DNA of 64,000 bases. Origin: Takakia lepidozioides. Lineage: Eukaryota > Plantae > Bryophyta. The notes beneath the pieces are model-generated. The model was given only the letters and a program-made list of their open reading frames with translations, did not search any database and was not told the origin of the DNA. The DNA lies in NCBI GenBank assembly GCA_030704615.1, contig CM060731.1, positions 3,162,001 through 3,226,000 on the forward strand, written 5' to 3'. Both the position numbers and the translations under genes were made by a program. This document shows positions 1 to 11,900 of this stretch, piece after piece. Numbering within the stretch: the stretch's first letter is position 1; each line of letters opens with the position of its first letter.

Positions 1-1837
1 TTTAGCAAAAGGTAAATACATTTGTATGCATTTGACGTCTAGGACCTCCAGATTCCGATAGTGGAGATTTTTATTTAGCTGGTCACTATTTGAATTCTCA
101 TTGTAAATCCTGACCCACATCATGTCAAGAACCACTCTAGTCCATAAGCAATCCACAAATTCGGCGGCCAAGTTGACATCTATCTCAGTCTTCTCAAGCC
201 TGTGATCAGGTACACTAGTTTGTCATAGCACCCTGCTTGAAAGTCTGAGTTAGACATTGCCTAGATGCTTTGTTCCTAAGCACACATAGAGGTGACTAGG
301 GGACATCCTCCTGTAGTCGGTGTGCCTAGTCCCTTTGTCTCATGCTCAATTGCACAAAGGAGTACGGTGACTTGAGACATACAGTGTGCTTTAAGTGCAT
401 GGAGCAAGCAGAGGTATCTTGCAGCCTTTCATCAAAAACACGTCCTTTGCTTTGAGTAAAGTTTTACTGATGGAATCATCTATGGGTGCATAACAGGTTG
501 TTTACTCAATAGATTAGCAGATAGGTATCATTTTATTTTTATTTTTTGAACATTTTATTAAGGAGGGAAAAAATGACGCCATGGAGGCAAATCCACACCC
601 GAAGGCGACAAACATGGAGGGACAGGCAATACAGTGCCACTGTAGATGATTTATGGAGGGTTGATTTAATGGGCAAATAGTATGCATAGGCGTACCAACC
701 CATGTCTTCATCCCACTTGTTCCCTAAATATTCTCGAATAGTTTCTTAGATCCCTTAAAATTATGCTTGGATGCTTTCATCTTTGATTTATTGGGCATTT
801 GGTACACGAAGGAATGCCATATGACCACGTCCCTCAATAAATCAACCTACGTGTACACCAACTTTAGTGGCGCCTACCTTGTTGGCAACTACCTTGTTGG
901 CGCCACCAACCCCTGGCTTCACCTTGGCATCTTCTTGTTGTTCATTTCTTGTTTGAGTCCCAAGTTTATTTTTTGCTTGTTCCTAAAAGGATTGTCTCCA
1001 AGTTCTAGGTTACCCTTTTTCAAAGAAGACTTCACCCCCTTCAATTTTTACAAGGATATTTGCTCTTTCTCCCATATGGGTGTTAGGGTGGTCTCTCATT
1101 CTTTCGTGGTGTCCTCCCCTCTCTGGAAGACTGATTTTTGTTGACCCCACAAGGTGGTCGTCAGCTGACAGGTGAAAATGAGGTTTGCAACTCCCTCTTG
1201 TGTCTAATACATGTTTTTCGGTTCATGTTGGAGGTGTTTGCTGTCTGTTTTTCATTTTTTCCCGTTAAGCCTTCAATGCCTCAAAACCTCCCAGGCACAT
1301 ATGCTTAGTGATGTCAGTGGTGTCCTGAAGTACAGGGGTGAGGGTTGTGTGTTGTAGTGATTGCAAGAATGTATGTTACTTCAGGATGAGTAGTGCAGGA
1401 AAAGAAGATTAGAGTGGCAGATTGCGACAGTGAAACCTCGAGCTTGAGATATGCAAAGGCCTGTGAGATATGGGCATTTCACGCCTACATACTTCAAGGA
1501 GTTTTGGGTCAGCCTTTAACCTCCACAATTAGGAGTATTTGAAGTTCTGGATATGCATGTAGGGAAGTACCATGATGCCCATATGTACTAAAGCTGCCAT
1601 GCTTTCACTAGTATGAGTTTGTCATTTTCCAGGCTCGTGGAAAGCGACATAAGGGCTCCAAAGAACCCTACCATTCCTGGAGCCCCAAAGTCTCCTGGGG
1701 GGCAAGGCTGGTTATATGGGACTGGCGGGCAGATGTACCCTTCATCTTCATCGACCTTCCACCAGCCATCAGGAGGAAATTACAACCAACAACCTCAATA
1801 CAGTCAGAATTCCCAAAAACCCCTTCCTAATTTCCAG

Positions 1838-2360
1838 CAATGTGGAGGTCACATAGATCTGATGATCGCAGTTTGGCAAACAGAAAACGAGTACAAACCG
1901 AAAATCCCCAAACCTGGGTCTACAAACTGGGAGAGTTTTGCAAGATATGTGCATATTTGATTGATGGAAGTTGGTGCAAGCTGCAAACCAACAATTAGGC
2001 ACAGACCACAAATTCCACAACGTATTGCTACAGAAAGAGTTCCCAGAACTGGTTGTCTTCCACACATGGAATGACACCTTCAGGCCTCCCACATCTGATG
2101 TCGACTGGGATTCAGACCTCAGTGTCCTCACCATTTCTCAGACAGCCCATATGCCAAGTAAAAACAACAGACTGAGCAATCATGAGAAAGCCATGAAGGG
2201 AGTAATGGGTCAGTAGCATACGGGTGTTTGCACAGCATGGGAGCATGCAAAACCACTGTATATTTGCATGTGGGAGCCTCCTTGATGGAGTTGATCAGTG
2301 CTCTTCCTGTCTCTGAGCACACAAACCTCACCTCCAACCCAGCAGTCAGCGTCCACATTA
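1838..2360. repeat. ~520-bp direct segmental duplication, copy 1 (copy 2 at 2894-3412)
   Basis: Near-identical sequence from CAATGTGGAGGTCACATAGATCTG to GTCCACATTA occurs twice; the ORF track gives duplicated translations. Confidence 0.95.
2218..2335 (-). pseudogene. OS9-like (MRH lectin domain) gene fragment, duplicated at ~3270-3387
   Basis: Translation EVRFVCSETGRALINSIKEAPTCKYTVVLHAPMLCKHP matches the C-terminal part of the OS-9/EBS6 MRH domain (VRFxC...TCKYxxxxxxPxLCKHP); the rest of the gene is absent. Confidence 0.65.
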
Positions 2361-2893
2361 GACTGCACCAACAAACCTCATTACTACAAGGGAAGTTCTA
2401 TCAATATCTTTGAGATTCAGAGGCTAATCTCTTGAAATTTAACATGTCTCTGCTTGTGGCTTCTCTGTCTGGCCGCCTGACCTTTGGGCCATCAGCCAGC
2501 CTGAAGGTCAATTAACAATGAGCCTAAGACTCTGGGAATCGACTCACAGTGCTAAGGACTTTCATACTGCAAACCAGGCAGGCAAGATCTGCAAAGGGGC
2601 CGTGAAAGTGACTTCAAACAAAAACAGAACGAAGCAAGAACATGCAAAACAAGCTGTCAAAGACTGTATGAATGACTGTCAGTCAGCGCCTTCTAGGTGG
2701 CGAGAAGGTCAAGGAGAAAATTGAATCCAGATATTCTAAAAAGCTGCAGAGAAGGGCCAGCCACTGAGCTGCATGCACAGAAAATGGAAGAGAATGGGGC
2801 CATAGACCCCACATTAACTTGCCTCTCAGCTTCTGGATCCAGAACCCGGTTCCGGTGAGACTCTTAACTCCAACCAGAAGCTGAGAGGGAAGA

Positions 2894-3412
2894 CAATGTG
2901 GAGGTCACATAGATCTGATGATCGCAGTTTGGCAAACAGAAAACAAGTACAGACCGAAAATCCCCAAACCTGGGTCTACAAACTGGGAGAGTTTTGCAAG
3001 ATATGTGCATATTTGATTGATGGAAGTTGGTGCAAGCTGCAAACCAACAATTAGGTACAGACCACAAATTCCACAACGTATTGCTACAGAAAGAGTTCCC
3101 AGAACTGGTTGTCTTCCACACATGGAATGACCTCAGGCCTCCCACATCTGATATCAACTGGGATTCAGCCTCAGTGTCCTCACTATTTCTCGGACAGCCC
3201 ATATGCCAAGTAAAAACAACAGACTGAGCAATCATGAGAAAGCCATGAAGGGAGTAATGGGTCAGTAGCATACGGGTGTTTGCACAGCATGGGAGCATGC
3301 AAAACCACTGTATATTTGCACGTGGGAGCCTCCTTGATGGAGTTGATCAGTGCTCTTCCTGTCTCTGAGCACACAAATCTCACCTGCAACCCAGCAGTCA
3401 GCGTCCACATTA
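2894..3412. repeat. ~520-bp direct segmental duplication, copy 2
   Basis: Matches 1838-2360 with a few substitutions and small indels. Confidence 0.95.
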
Positions 3413-4129
3413 TGGGCCAGCCACTGAGCTGCATGCACAGAAACGACCAAGTTATATAAATCACAGATGCAGACTTCAAATAAGCACCTGAGAAGTCTGA
3501 GCAGCTTGTTAGACCCACAAAGAAGAGATACAGTCAAGGACATTGCCACTGAAACGACAAGGTTTCCATCAATCTCATATTTTCCAATAAAGTCTGCTGA
3601 CAGTCCCAGCAATCAACCTTGGAACCATCCACTTGGCAGAAGAGAAGGTGGTTGGATAGCTCGTTGTGGTAACTTTCAAGAGAAAACGATCCAAACCGAA
3701 GTGAGTGTGACCAATCAGCCACCATCTAATTCAAGGATGAAGTACAAGTGTGGTGAATTGAGCACGTACTTGATCTCCGTTAGCAAGCTGGCCCCTATAC
3801 ACTCCCGAAGCCTCCTTCCCCCAGCTTGTTGTCGTAGTTGAAGTTGTTTGTGGCTGCGTGTAGCTCTCACAGAGCTCTATTTGGTGAAGAAACAACTGGT
3901 TTCCACTACTAAACTGAGCCAATAATCAAACAGCACCAACAACCTCAACAAAAAGGTTCACAAACGCCCAGCAAAACGCTCAGGGACCCAGAGTAGGTAC
4001 TCGGGGTAAACCTACCATAAAACAGCTCTCAGAATCACTGAGACTAAAAAAAGAATTTTTCTGCCTTTGGATTGTGCATACAAGACTGCACGGTTGGCCA
4101 GGAGATGTGTGGAACCTGCCCCTGAGTTA

Positions 4130-4455
4130 AGGACCCGATGAGCTCACTCCTGCAGTGGAGCATTTTGGCTGTATGGTGGACCTTCTTGGCCGTGCAGGGC
4201 AATTGGATGAGGCAGAGAAGTTTATTAACCAAACGCATGCTGCTGTGTGGGGGGGGCTTGCTTGGGGCCTGCAAAAGTCATGGCAATGTGGAAGTTGCAG
4301 AACGTGCAGCAAAATAGCTTATTGAGTGGGATCCAGAAGATGCTGCCACTTATGTGCTACTATCGAACATCTATGCTGCAGCTGGCAGGTGGAACCATGC
4401 AGCACAGGTGAGAAAAATAATGGAGGACAGAGTTATCAGAAAGGAGTCAGGAACG
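4130..4455 (+). pseudogene. PLS-class PPR protein fragment (last repeats plus E domain)
   Basis: EHFGCMVDLLGRAGQLDEAEKFIN, then after frameshifts IEWDPEDAATYVLLSNIYAAAGRWNHAAQVRKIMEDR, the canonical E-motif; disrupted by stops and frameshifts. Confidence 0.85.
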
Positions 4456-4679
4456 ATTCATTGTGGATTATATCATAGTGGACAAGAATTTGTTTCCCCA
4501 GAGTGCCAATGTGTAGATCGACAGAACTGATATTGGCACCTTGACCACTTCCTGGTTTGGACTGAGATCAAAAGGTGTTTTCCCAACACCAAGAAATCTG
4601 TGAAACGTTCAATTCGGAAGTGGCGCATAGAAAAACTCCAAAATGAAGAGGTGACCACTGCACAGGTGCAGTATAAGAA

Positions 4680-5060
4680 GTGCAGGTCTTCTATCTTTAG
4701 GCTGCAGGCATACTGGAGAGGTGCATTGCTGCGGTTCAAATGAATAAAGTCATTGTTAAAATTGAGGCCTGCTTAAGAGGAAGAACTGGGAGACAAAGGC
4801 TTACAAAACAACATCAGGCTGCCTGCTGCATTCAGACAGTTGTGCGAGATTGACTTGCCCAGAAAGAGGCTTTATCCACCATAGTTTTGGTGCACAAAAC
4901 CACATATGCCATAAAAATACAGGCTGCTTGGAGGCGGTATTGGAGGCATAAGTCACAAGCAGTGATCCTGTGTCATGGCAGCTAAGGGGAGTTGGATGAA
5001 AGGATGAAATAGCAGCAGGGTCCCTATATTGCAGAAGGCTTATTCCAGTGGATCCCTTTA
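4680..5060 (+). pseudogene. Multi-IQ calmodulin-binding motif gene fragment
   Basis: IFRLQAYWRGALLR (~4693), AACCIQTVVR (~4819) and AIKIQAAWRRYW (~4908) are IQ motifs in broken frames. Confidence 0.55.
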
Positions 5061-5489
5061 AAGATAAAATATCCTGGCCTTACAGGTTTGCTCCAGAACG
5101 CTTGGAACTCTGGCATCATGAAAGTATTCACCCTAGAATTCAGACCAAAGACAACCACAGCTTCTCAAAAGAAGCGAGTGATAACTTGCTCAATGCTTTC
5201 AAGGAGGGCTCTCTGAAGAGAGAACCATTACAGTACCATAGATACCATCGTGCTCAAGGATCAGGCATGCAAATTCTGTTTCCAACTGTTATACCTTGCT
5301 ATATAGGTAGGCAACATAGTGGCAGAGGGGCTATGGCCTTCATGTAATCCTCTAGTCCCAATTGTTGTGAAGAAGCTGAGACTAGATTTCTACCAGTCTT
5401 TCATCTTTGAATTGGCCAATTGGTGACTCTGATTGCTAGCCTCAGCCTTCATCTCCTCCCTGGGGCAGACCCAGAGACTGAAGGTAAGA

Positions 5490-5560
5490 AACAACGAAAT
5501 CTTTTTTTATTGCCCTCTATATTACGAGATCCGTGGGAGATTCCACTGTCTATTCCAAAC
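5490..5560 (+). mobile_element. Small LINE ORF2 C-terminal fragment (related to 56320-56830)
   Basis: FYCPLYYEIRGRFHCLF shares IRGRFHCLF with the LINE remnant at 56437-56823. Confidence 0.6.
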
Positions 5561-6260
5561 CTTGTTGAGGCCTGGCTTCAAACTTCGTCTTGCATACAGG
5601 CGAGTAGCAGTGTTTCTGACTTGTTAAGTATGGTCTCTGGCTCAGAAGATAGCCGATATACTGGACCCCAATAGATTCTCCGGCCAAACATTGTCAGCTT
5701 TCTCAAAACTCACCACGGATGCAAACTACACCTGAACCACGTTCAAGCCTATGACCGTGGAAAAGTGTAACAGCCGCAACAGCACCCAAAATCTTCGCAA
5801 GGGAACTACGATGATGGTAATCTTTCCTTCTTTCCTCTGTCACATACACTCACCCAGTTTGAGTTGATGAAATCTGTGCAGTTGCCCAAAATTCTGATAA
5901 TGGAGGTGGGAACAACAGGAGCTGAACCAGTATAAGAGTTTCACTCTTTGTTGATGTGTATTCTTCTTTTATCTGTGTTCCAGTGTGGTTGGAGTATCCC
6001 AAAGTAAACATGGATACTTAATGAGACAGGAAAAACTCTTAGAAAATCATAGTGAGCAAAAGAAAGAAGCCAGACGGAAGGCTTAATGGGGATGTCTCGG
6101 TGGGTGCAGTTCAGTGTGTATGAGAAGATGAGGTCCATGGTACAGGCTAAGCGCAAGGTTTCGAAAGGTTTCGAAGCTTACGTATGTCTCGCGCATATTT
6201 GCGCAATTGTGTTTCCGTCTGTGCGAAGTTCCCTTACAACCGACACACAAAAATGATAAC

Positions 6261-6316
6261 GATGACGTGGCCACAGATGATGACGTGGTGACAAAACGTG
6301 GCGAAGATGACGTGGC
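6261..6316 (+). promoter_or_regulatory. Cluster of four ABRE/G-box-like ACGTGG motifs
   Basis: GATGACGTGGC, GATGACGTGGT, AAAACGTGGC and GATGACGTGGC lie within ~56 bp; a further CCACGTGG is at ~6807; the cluster is ~0.9 kb upstream of the ATG at 7173. Confidence 0.55.
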
Positions 6317-6539
6317 ATTATGGCACCCTTATTCCTGCTCTATGCTAAACTAATAACTTAGTCTCCGACCTTCAGTCCTCGCTAGAGTTTTATTTGCCGT
6401 CCTGAGGGCGTGGTCAATTCTGCGACACACGATGAAGGAAGCACAAGTGACTATGGGGTTCAGATAATTCAGTTTATTCGGTGGACACTGTATGTAAGCA
6501 AAGTAAAGGAAACTAAAGTTTGTTTAACAGCCAATCAAC

Positions 6540-6626
6540 TTACAGAGCCTACTGCTCAACACACAGCCCATCGAGGGCCCAATGGACGGTCTGAAGGCAC
6601 ATGTTGAAGGATTGAACCCAGGATCA
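6540..6626 (-). mobile_element. 5'-truncated copy of the tRNA-derived SINE at 37390-37528
   Basis: ~87 bp nearly identical to 37390-37476, including the B box (GGTTCAATCC on the minus strand). Confidence 0.8.
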
Positions 6627-7172
6627 TCCAGCTTATATGTCAGTAGGGTTAAGGCCCCTGCCCACGGGGGTTCCACAGTTTAAGGGTTGGCTGCCACCCA
6701 CCCATCCATCCATCCACCCATCCATCCACCTGGTGGTTTGTGAGTTAGTGCTGTATTGACTGATTTAAAAAGATGATTGTTATAGAAATGGCACAATGCA
6801 TGCTCACCACGTGGAAGGTGGCAAGGAGGCTCCTTTATTGTATCTGTGCACTTTGAAGCTCTCTTCTCTTCTCTGTATACCTACACTGCCCACAGTGTTC
6901 AGTTCTTGAGCAGGTCAAGGCTACTTGGTCTAAGGGGGCACCGTCATGTGTTCTATTTTCTTCAGCTCCCTCGGTTAGAAAATAGCGACCTGCTCCTTCG
7001 CAGTCCCGAGCTACAGTAGGCAGAAGGTATCCTTTCGGGGTGTCTCCTCTAGCTCTACTGGTGGCCAACATCTTGAGCTCTTGAAAATATTGTAACTGTA
7101 ATTTTTACACTCGGAGGATCTCTCTCTTTGAATCTTCTTCTGAGAACTCGATCAGCTTTGAGGATACAGGAG

Positions 7173-8373
7173 ATGGAGGACCCATCAACTGAAATCCAAG
7201 ATGTCGTGCGCGGATTGGTGGAAACGCCCACCCTAAGTCGCCAGGCAAAAGTGCTGAGAACTTACTTCACCCCCGACGTCAAATTCTACCATTTCTACAT
7301 CAATACAGATGGTGGCCTCCGAGACTTGATTGCGATTTATCAAATGGCGGAGTTTTTTCTGAATTACAGAAGTGTTGTCTTTCACAAGATTGTTAGCGAC
7401 GAGAAAACCAATGCTTTAGCTGTGCAGATGACTGTGTACACACGGCCTTGGCTTATTTTCTGGCATCGAGTCCCTCTAAGATTTTTAACTCTGCTTGAGT
7501 TCGAGGACGTGACAGTTGAGGTTAGCTTTCTAAGCCGACTCCTCCCACCATCATTCTTAGAGCATCCACTTCGTTCCTGCTCTAGCTACGGAAAAATCTC
7601 ATGTTTAGTCCTTGCATTACTTCTGTGATCTTTCTATCTCTTGCCCCGCGCACACGCGCGGACTTGCGTCCCAGAAATGATTGGATATTGCTCCCCTCCC
7701 ACTTTTAAATTGGCTGCCTGCGCGCATGAGCCAAAGTCATCTTCTAGCCACCGAGCTGCTTCTAGCAACGGCACTCGAAAGCTGAACCTGTTGGAGCCCA
7801 TGTTGCTCATGTAGCTACAACGGTGGTGCTCTGGCAGTGATGATGCTCCCGATGGCTGATCAGGCAGCCTGCTCGAAGGCGTAGAGTGGCAGTTACTGAG
7901 GGCCGGGGAATCTACTTACGTCCTCCCGTGAAAATTGGGACGTCGCACGCATCTAGCTAGAAGTTTCTTCTTTGTACGTTTCTCTAACCACGGTCGAACA
8001 TCTGGCAAAAACAGAAAAAGAAAAGACAGAAATAAACTACCAAACGTGGACCAGCCTGTCGGCATCTGAGTCCAGTGTACAAAAAATTCCTAGACCGCAA
8101 AAGATGAAAAACACGAGAATGACCGGTGTGCTTAAAACTTGACACTTGATTTTGATTTCATGGGGTGACGGACAGGGAGGGAAGACTTTGAAGAAGATCA
8201 AGGCGCAGAGGGATTACTTCGAGCGTTCTCCTGCCGTACAGTTCATTCCAATTATCGGTGACATTTACGACTCGGACTGTCTGAGGTTTTTAATTGGTCG
8301 CTTCCTGGCTATGCTGGTTCAGTTTGCGCAAATGCTTGGGCTGCTGGGTATTTCGAACCGTGATGCATACTGA
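7173..8373 (+). CDS. 181-aa NTF2/SnoaL-like protein resembling the fungal SigF-like NTF2 family; exons 7173-7520 and 8176-8373
   Basis: Phase-0 GT(7521)...AG(8175) intron joins two open frames: MEDPSTEI...YFTPDVKFYHFY...IY...D...L...IKAQRDYF, followed by a hydrophobic C-terminus. Confidence 0.8.
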
Positions 8374-8964
8374 AGGAATCAATCGCTCAGCTGAGTGTAG
8401 AAGCAAGCTGGAAGAATAAACACTGATAAAGTCTGTGGGTTCCTTCCGTTTGCATGTGTATTCAGCACATGGGATTTTAGTGACTGTTGCGAAGCTCCTA
8501 CACCCCGACAGTCCTATGCCAAGGGCTGATTCTTCTCAGAAACAAAATTGAAGTACCATGGGAGTCAGCCAGTGAGAAAAGTTTGCAACCTGGTGCTGTA
8601 GAGATTGCAATCCGAAATAAGGTAGTGGTCACTGGTAACTGGGTTGACACCGAAGTACCTCTTGGATAATCATTCAGAAAGTGTCACCAAGATGGTTAGC
8701 TTTATCCAAATGTGCCAGAGCATGCTGAAGTACAAAAGCATTCACTGGAGTATCATAGATGAAGGATTAATGTAGAATGTACCAGTGTTGGGCGGCTAGA
8801 TGGGTGGGAGGCGGGCATCAACCCGGGTATTAAAGGACCTGCCCGGCGGGCTTTAAAATCACGATATCCGACAAAAGCCCTGCACAGGTGGGTATTGCAT
8901 TTTCAATGCCCGTCCCAAAGCCCTGCATAGGCGGGTATTAGCTAGGGCTATAACCCTGGTTGGG

Positions 8965-11900
8965 GTGGTACAATATCCCATTCATCAATTAGTGTTCCAT
9001 TCTTCTCGAGCATCTGGCATTTAGTTTTGTTAAATCGTTCTGCCAAACCATTGCATTGGGGATTGTAGGGAGCAGTAACGGCATGCTTAGTGTTGAAATT
9101 AAACAAGACAATCTCCATAAGTTGGTTGTAGAACTCAGTACCTTGATCCGGGAGGATTTCAAGAGGGCAACTATGACGAAGTATCACCTTATCAAAAAAG
9201 AACTGCACCACCTCATCACTATCCTTAGCAACCAAGGTCGAAGCTCAACCCATTTCGTCTCCGCAAGGTATGCATGGCCCTTGGACGAGGATTTAAAAGG
9301 TCCAATTAGATCTAAGCCAACCCTGGCAAATGATTCAATCATCGGGATTGGCTGCAAAGGTAATGAAGCTTTGGTCCTAGGTAGGATGGTCTTAGCATGA
9401 CAGGGCACACATCTTGCAATGAAAGCTGAGACATCTTTAACTAAGTCTTTCCAGTGATACTACTCCTGCAATCTTTTGACAGTTTTAGCAACCCCCAAAT
9501 AGCCAGCATAAGTAGAAGCATGGTACAATTCGAGTAAAGCAGGGACAGCGGACCTAGAAGGGATTTCTACAGCAGAGGTACCTTCCAAAACAGTGATACT
9601 GAACAATCTCCTTTCACTTTCCCGGTGGCTGGGTAAGTGATAGTTGACTTGCCTCATGAGCAGCTTGGATATGCCACTAAGGTGGGTGCCGGTTTTGCAC
9701 CTATGGAGAAGAGCATCGTATAATGGATCATCCATCCTACATCATTCATGGCCACACAACAGCAGGTTGGTGCAGGCAAGAAGAAAGTGGTAGCTCCCAT
9801 TCTCTTCCTTTCGTGACCCTGACTTTATTTTCAGTTGGTTGCCTATGAGGAGACAAGCAGGTTGTAAGGTGCAGCTCAGTCCCTCGGTCGAGATACAAAC
9901 CAAAGCAGACACAAGACAAGATGAACAGTCATAAGGTAAGGGAAAGTACCAGACCCTACTGCAGGATGTCAGACTAGAATTCATGCCAATACCAAAGGAA
10001 ATTCAACCAACATCAAACTGAAGTCGATCCCAAATATCAAGCAGATCTGGAGGAACATAAGGATAGTCTAGCAAATGACACAAGACAAAGGGATCTGAAA
10101 CAGGCACAATAGGTGGTGTAGAGCGTGCAGTATGAGGGATTAGGTCATTTAAGGTAATGTAGGGGTCAGGGATTTTGGGTTCGCCTCTAGTCAAAGCATC
10201 TGCATTAACATTATCCTTCCCACGCTTGTAAGATATGGTGAAGTCATAGCCTTGCAGTATGAGAGCCCACCGAGCTAATCTGCCATTGAGTTCACGAGGA
10301 GTTAGCAAGGCTTTCAAAGGTAAATGATCAGTCTCAATGGTAAAATGACAACCATGTAAATACTGCCTAAATTATTTGACTCCAAAGATAACTGCAAGGC
10401 CTTCTCTGTCAGTGATAGAGTAATTAGGCTCATGTTTATCAAGGCGGCGGGAGGCATAGGCAATGGCATGCTCATGACCATCCTGAATCTGGCTCAACAC
10501 TGCAGAGATAGCTAAATCACTGGCATCAGTTTGCAAGATAAATGGCAAGGTAAAATCAGGATAAGCAAGCACAGGAGCAGAGGTTAGTGCAATTTTGAGC
10601 TTCTCAAGGCGGATGTTTCAGCAGTACCCCACACAAAATGAGCATCCTTAGATAACAAGCGAGTGAGTGGAGCAGCTAGTTTGACAAATTGAAAAATGAA
10701 GCGACAATAGTAAGAACCCAAGCCCAAGAAGGCCTTAACACATGTTTTATTTGTAGGGGTTGGATAGTTCCACACAGCCTGGATCTTAGTTGGATCAGGA
10801 CTGATGCCAGCAGCAGAAAGCAGATGGCCCAAGAAATGGAGCTGTTCCACACTTCTTGGCTTTAACTTTAAGCCCGGATGCACGACGTCTGCACACAACC
10901 CGCTATGAATCCAGTAGATGAGCATCAAACGTTGTAGAATAAATGTTGATGTCATCAATGTAAGCACACTCCCAACGAAGGTTTCCTAAAACAATGTCCA
11001 TAAGGCGCTGAAATGTAGCAGTGGCGTTGCAAAGGCCAAAATGCATTGTTAATTCAAATTGGAAGAGGCCCATCCTACAGGTGAAGGCAATTTTCTCTTT
11101 AGCAGCAGCAGTTAAAGGAACTTGCCAAAAGTCAGAGGCTAAATCCAATGAAGAGAAGATCTCATTAAGTTGATCTAGCGTTTCGTTAATACGTGACAAA
11201 GGGTAGACATCTTTCTTTGTGATGGCATTTAAACGCCGAAAGTCTACACAAAAACGGGTTGAGCCATCCTTCTTGCCAACTAAGACAATGGGACTGGCCC
11301 AAGGGGATATGGAGGGGGTGATCACACCAGCATCAAGCATCTTGGTAGTCTCTTCATGAATGACTTTGCGCTCACGAACACTCTCTCTATAAGCATGTTG
11401 TTTGATAGGCTTACCATCCGTGATGATGTCATGATCCAGAGTGCGGCCTAAGTCATGGGGCCCTTTACTAAAGATGTCGAGATTGTCACGGAGAAACAGG
11501 TGGAGGCGACTAATCCGCTGGGGAGTAAGGTGATCACCCACTTTGACATCCTTTAAGACCTGTTGGAAATGTTGCTCGTGTTCAGGAGTAAGCGTGTCAT
11601 TGCCAGTGGAGCCCGAGTGAGAGGCAAACGTCTGGAGTTGGTCAACGGGGGAGTCCACCAGTCCAATATCATGAAGACTGAGGCCTTTCTAAACAGAGGC
11701 CAACTTAGACAAAGGAGAAGCAGTGAGCCTAGCAAGGACCTGACCCTTGCGGACACTCAGAAGCAATCAGACGGTGCTTTTGTAGGATAAGTTTTTTCCA
11801 GCCTTCAACTTCAAGGAAACGACTTGTAGGGCAAGCAAAAACTAAGCCTGTAGGCACTATGCACTGAGAAAAAGCTGGGATAATGAAGTCAACTGGAGAA

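Noticed and set aside
510-1260. AT-rich segment with short internal repeats and ORFs, possibly a TE
   Set aside because: No termini, TSD or protein motif identifiable.
1390-1600. Additional PPR-like fragment
   Set aside because: Too degenerate to translate a convincing repeat.
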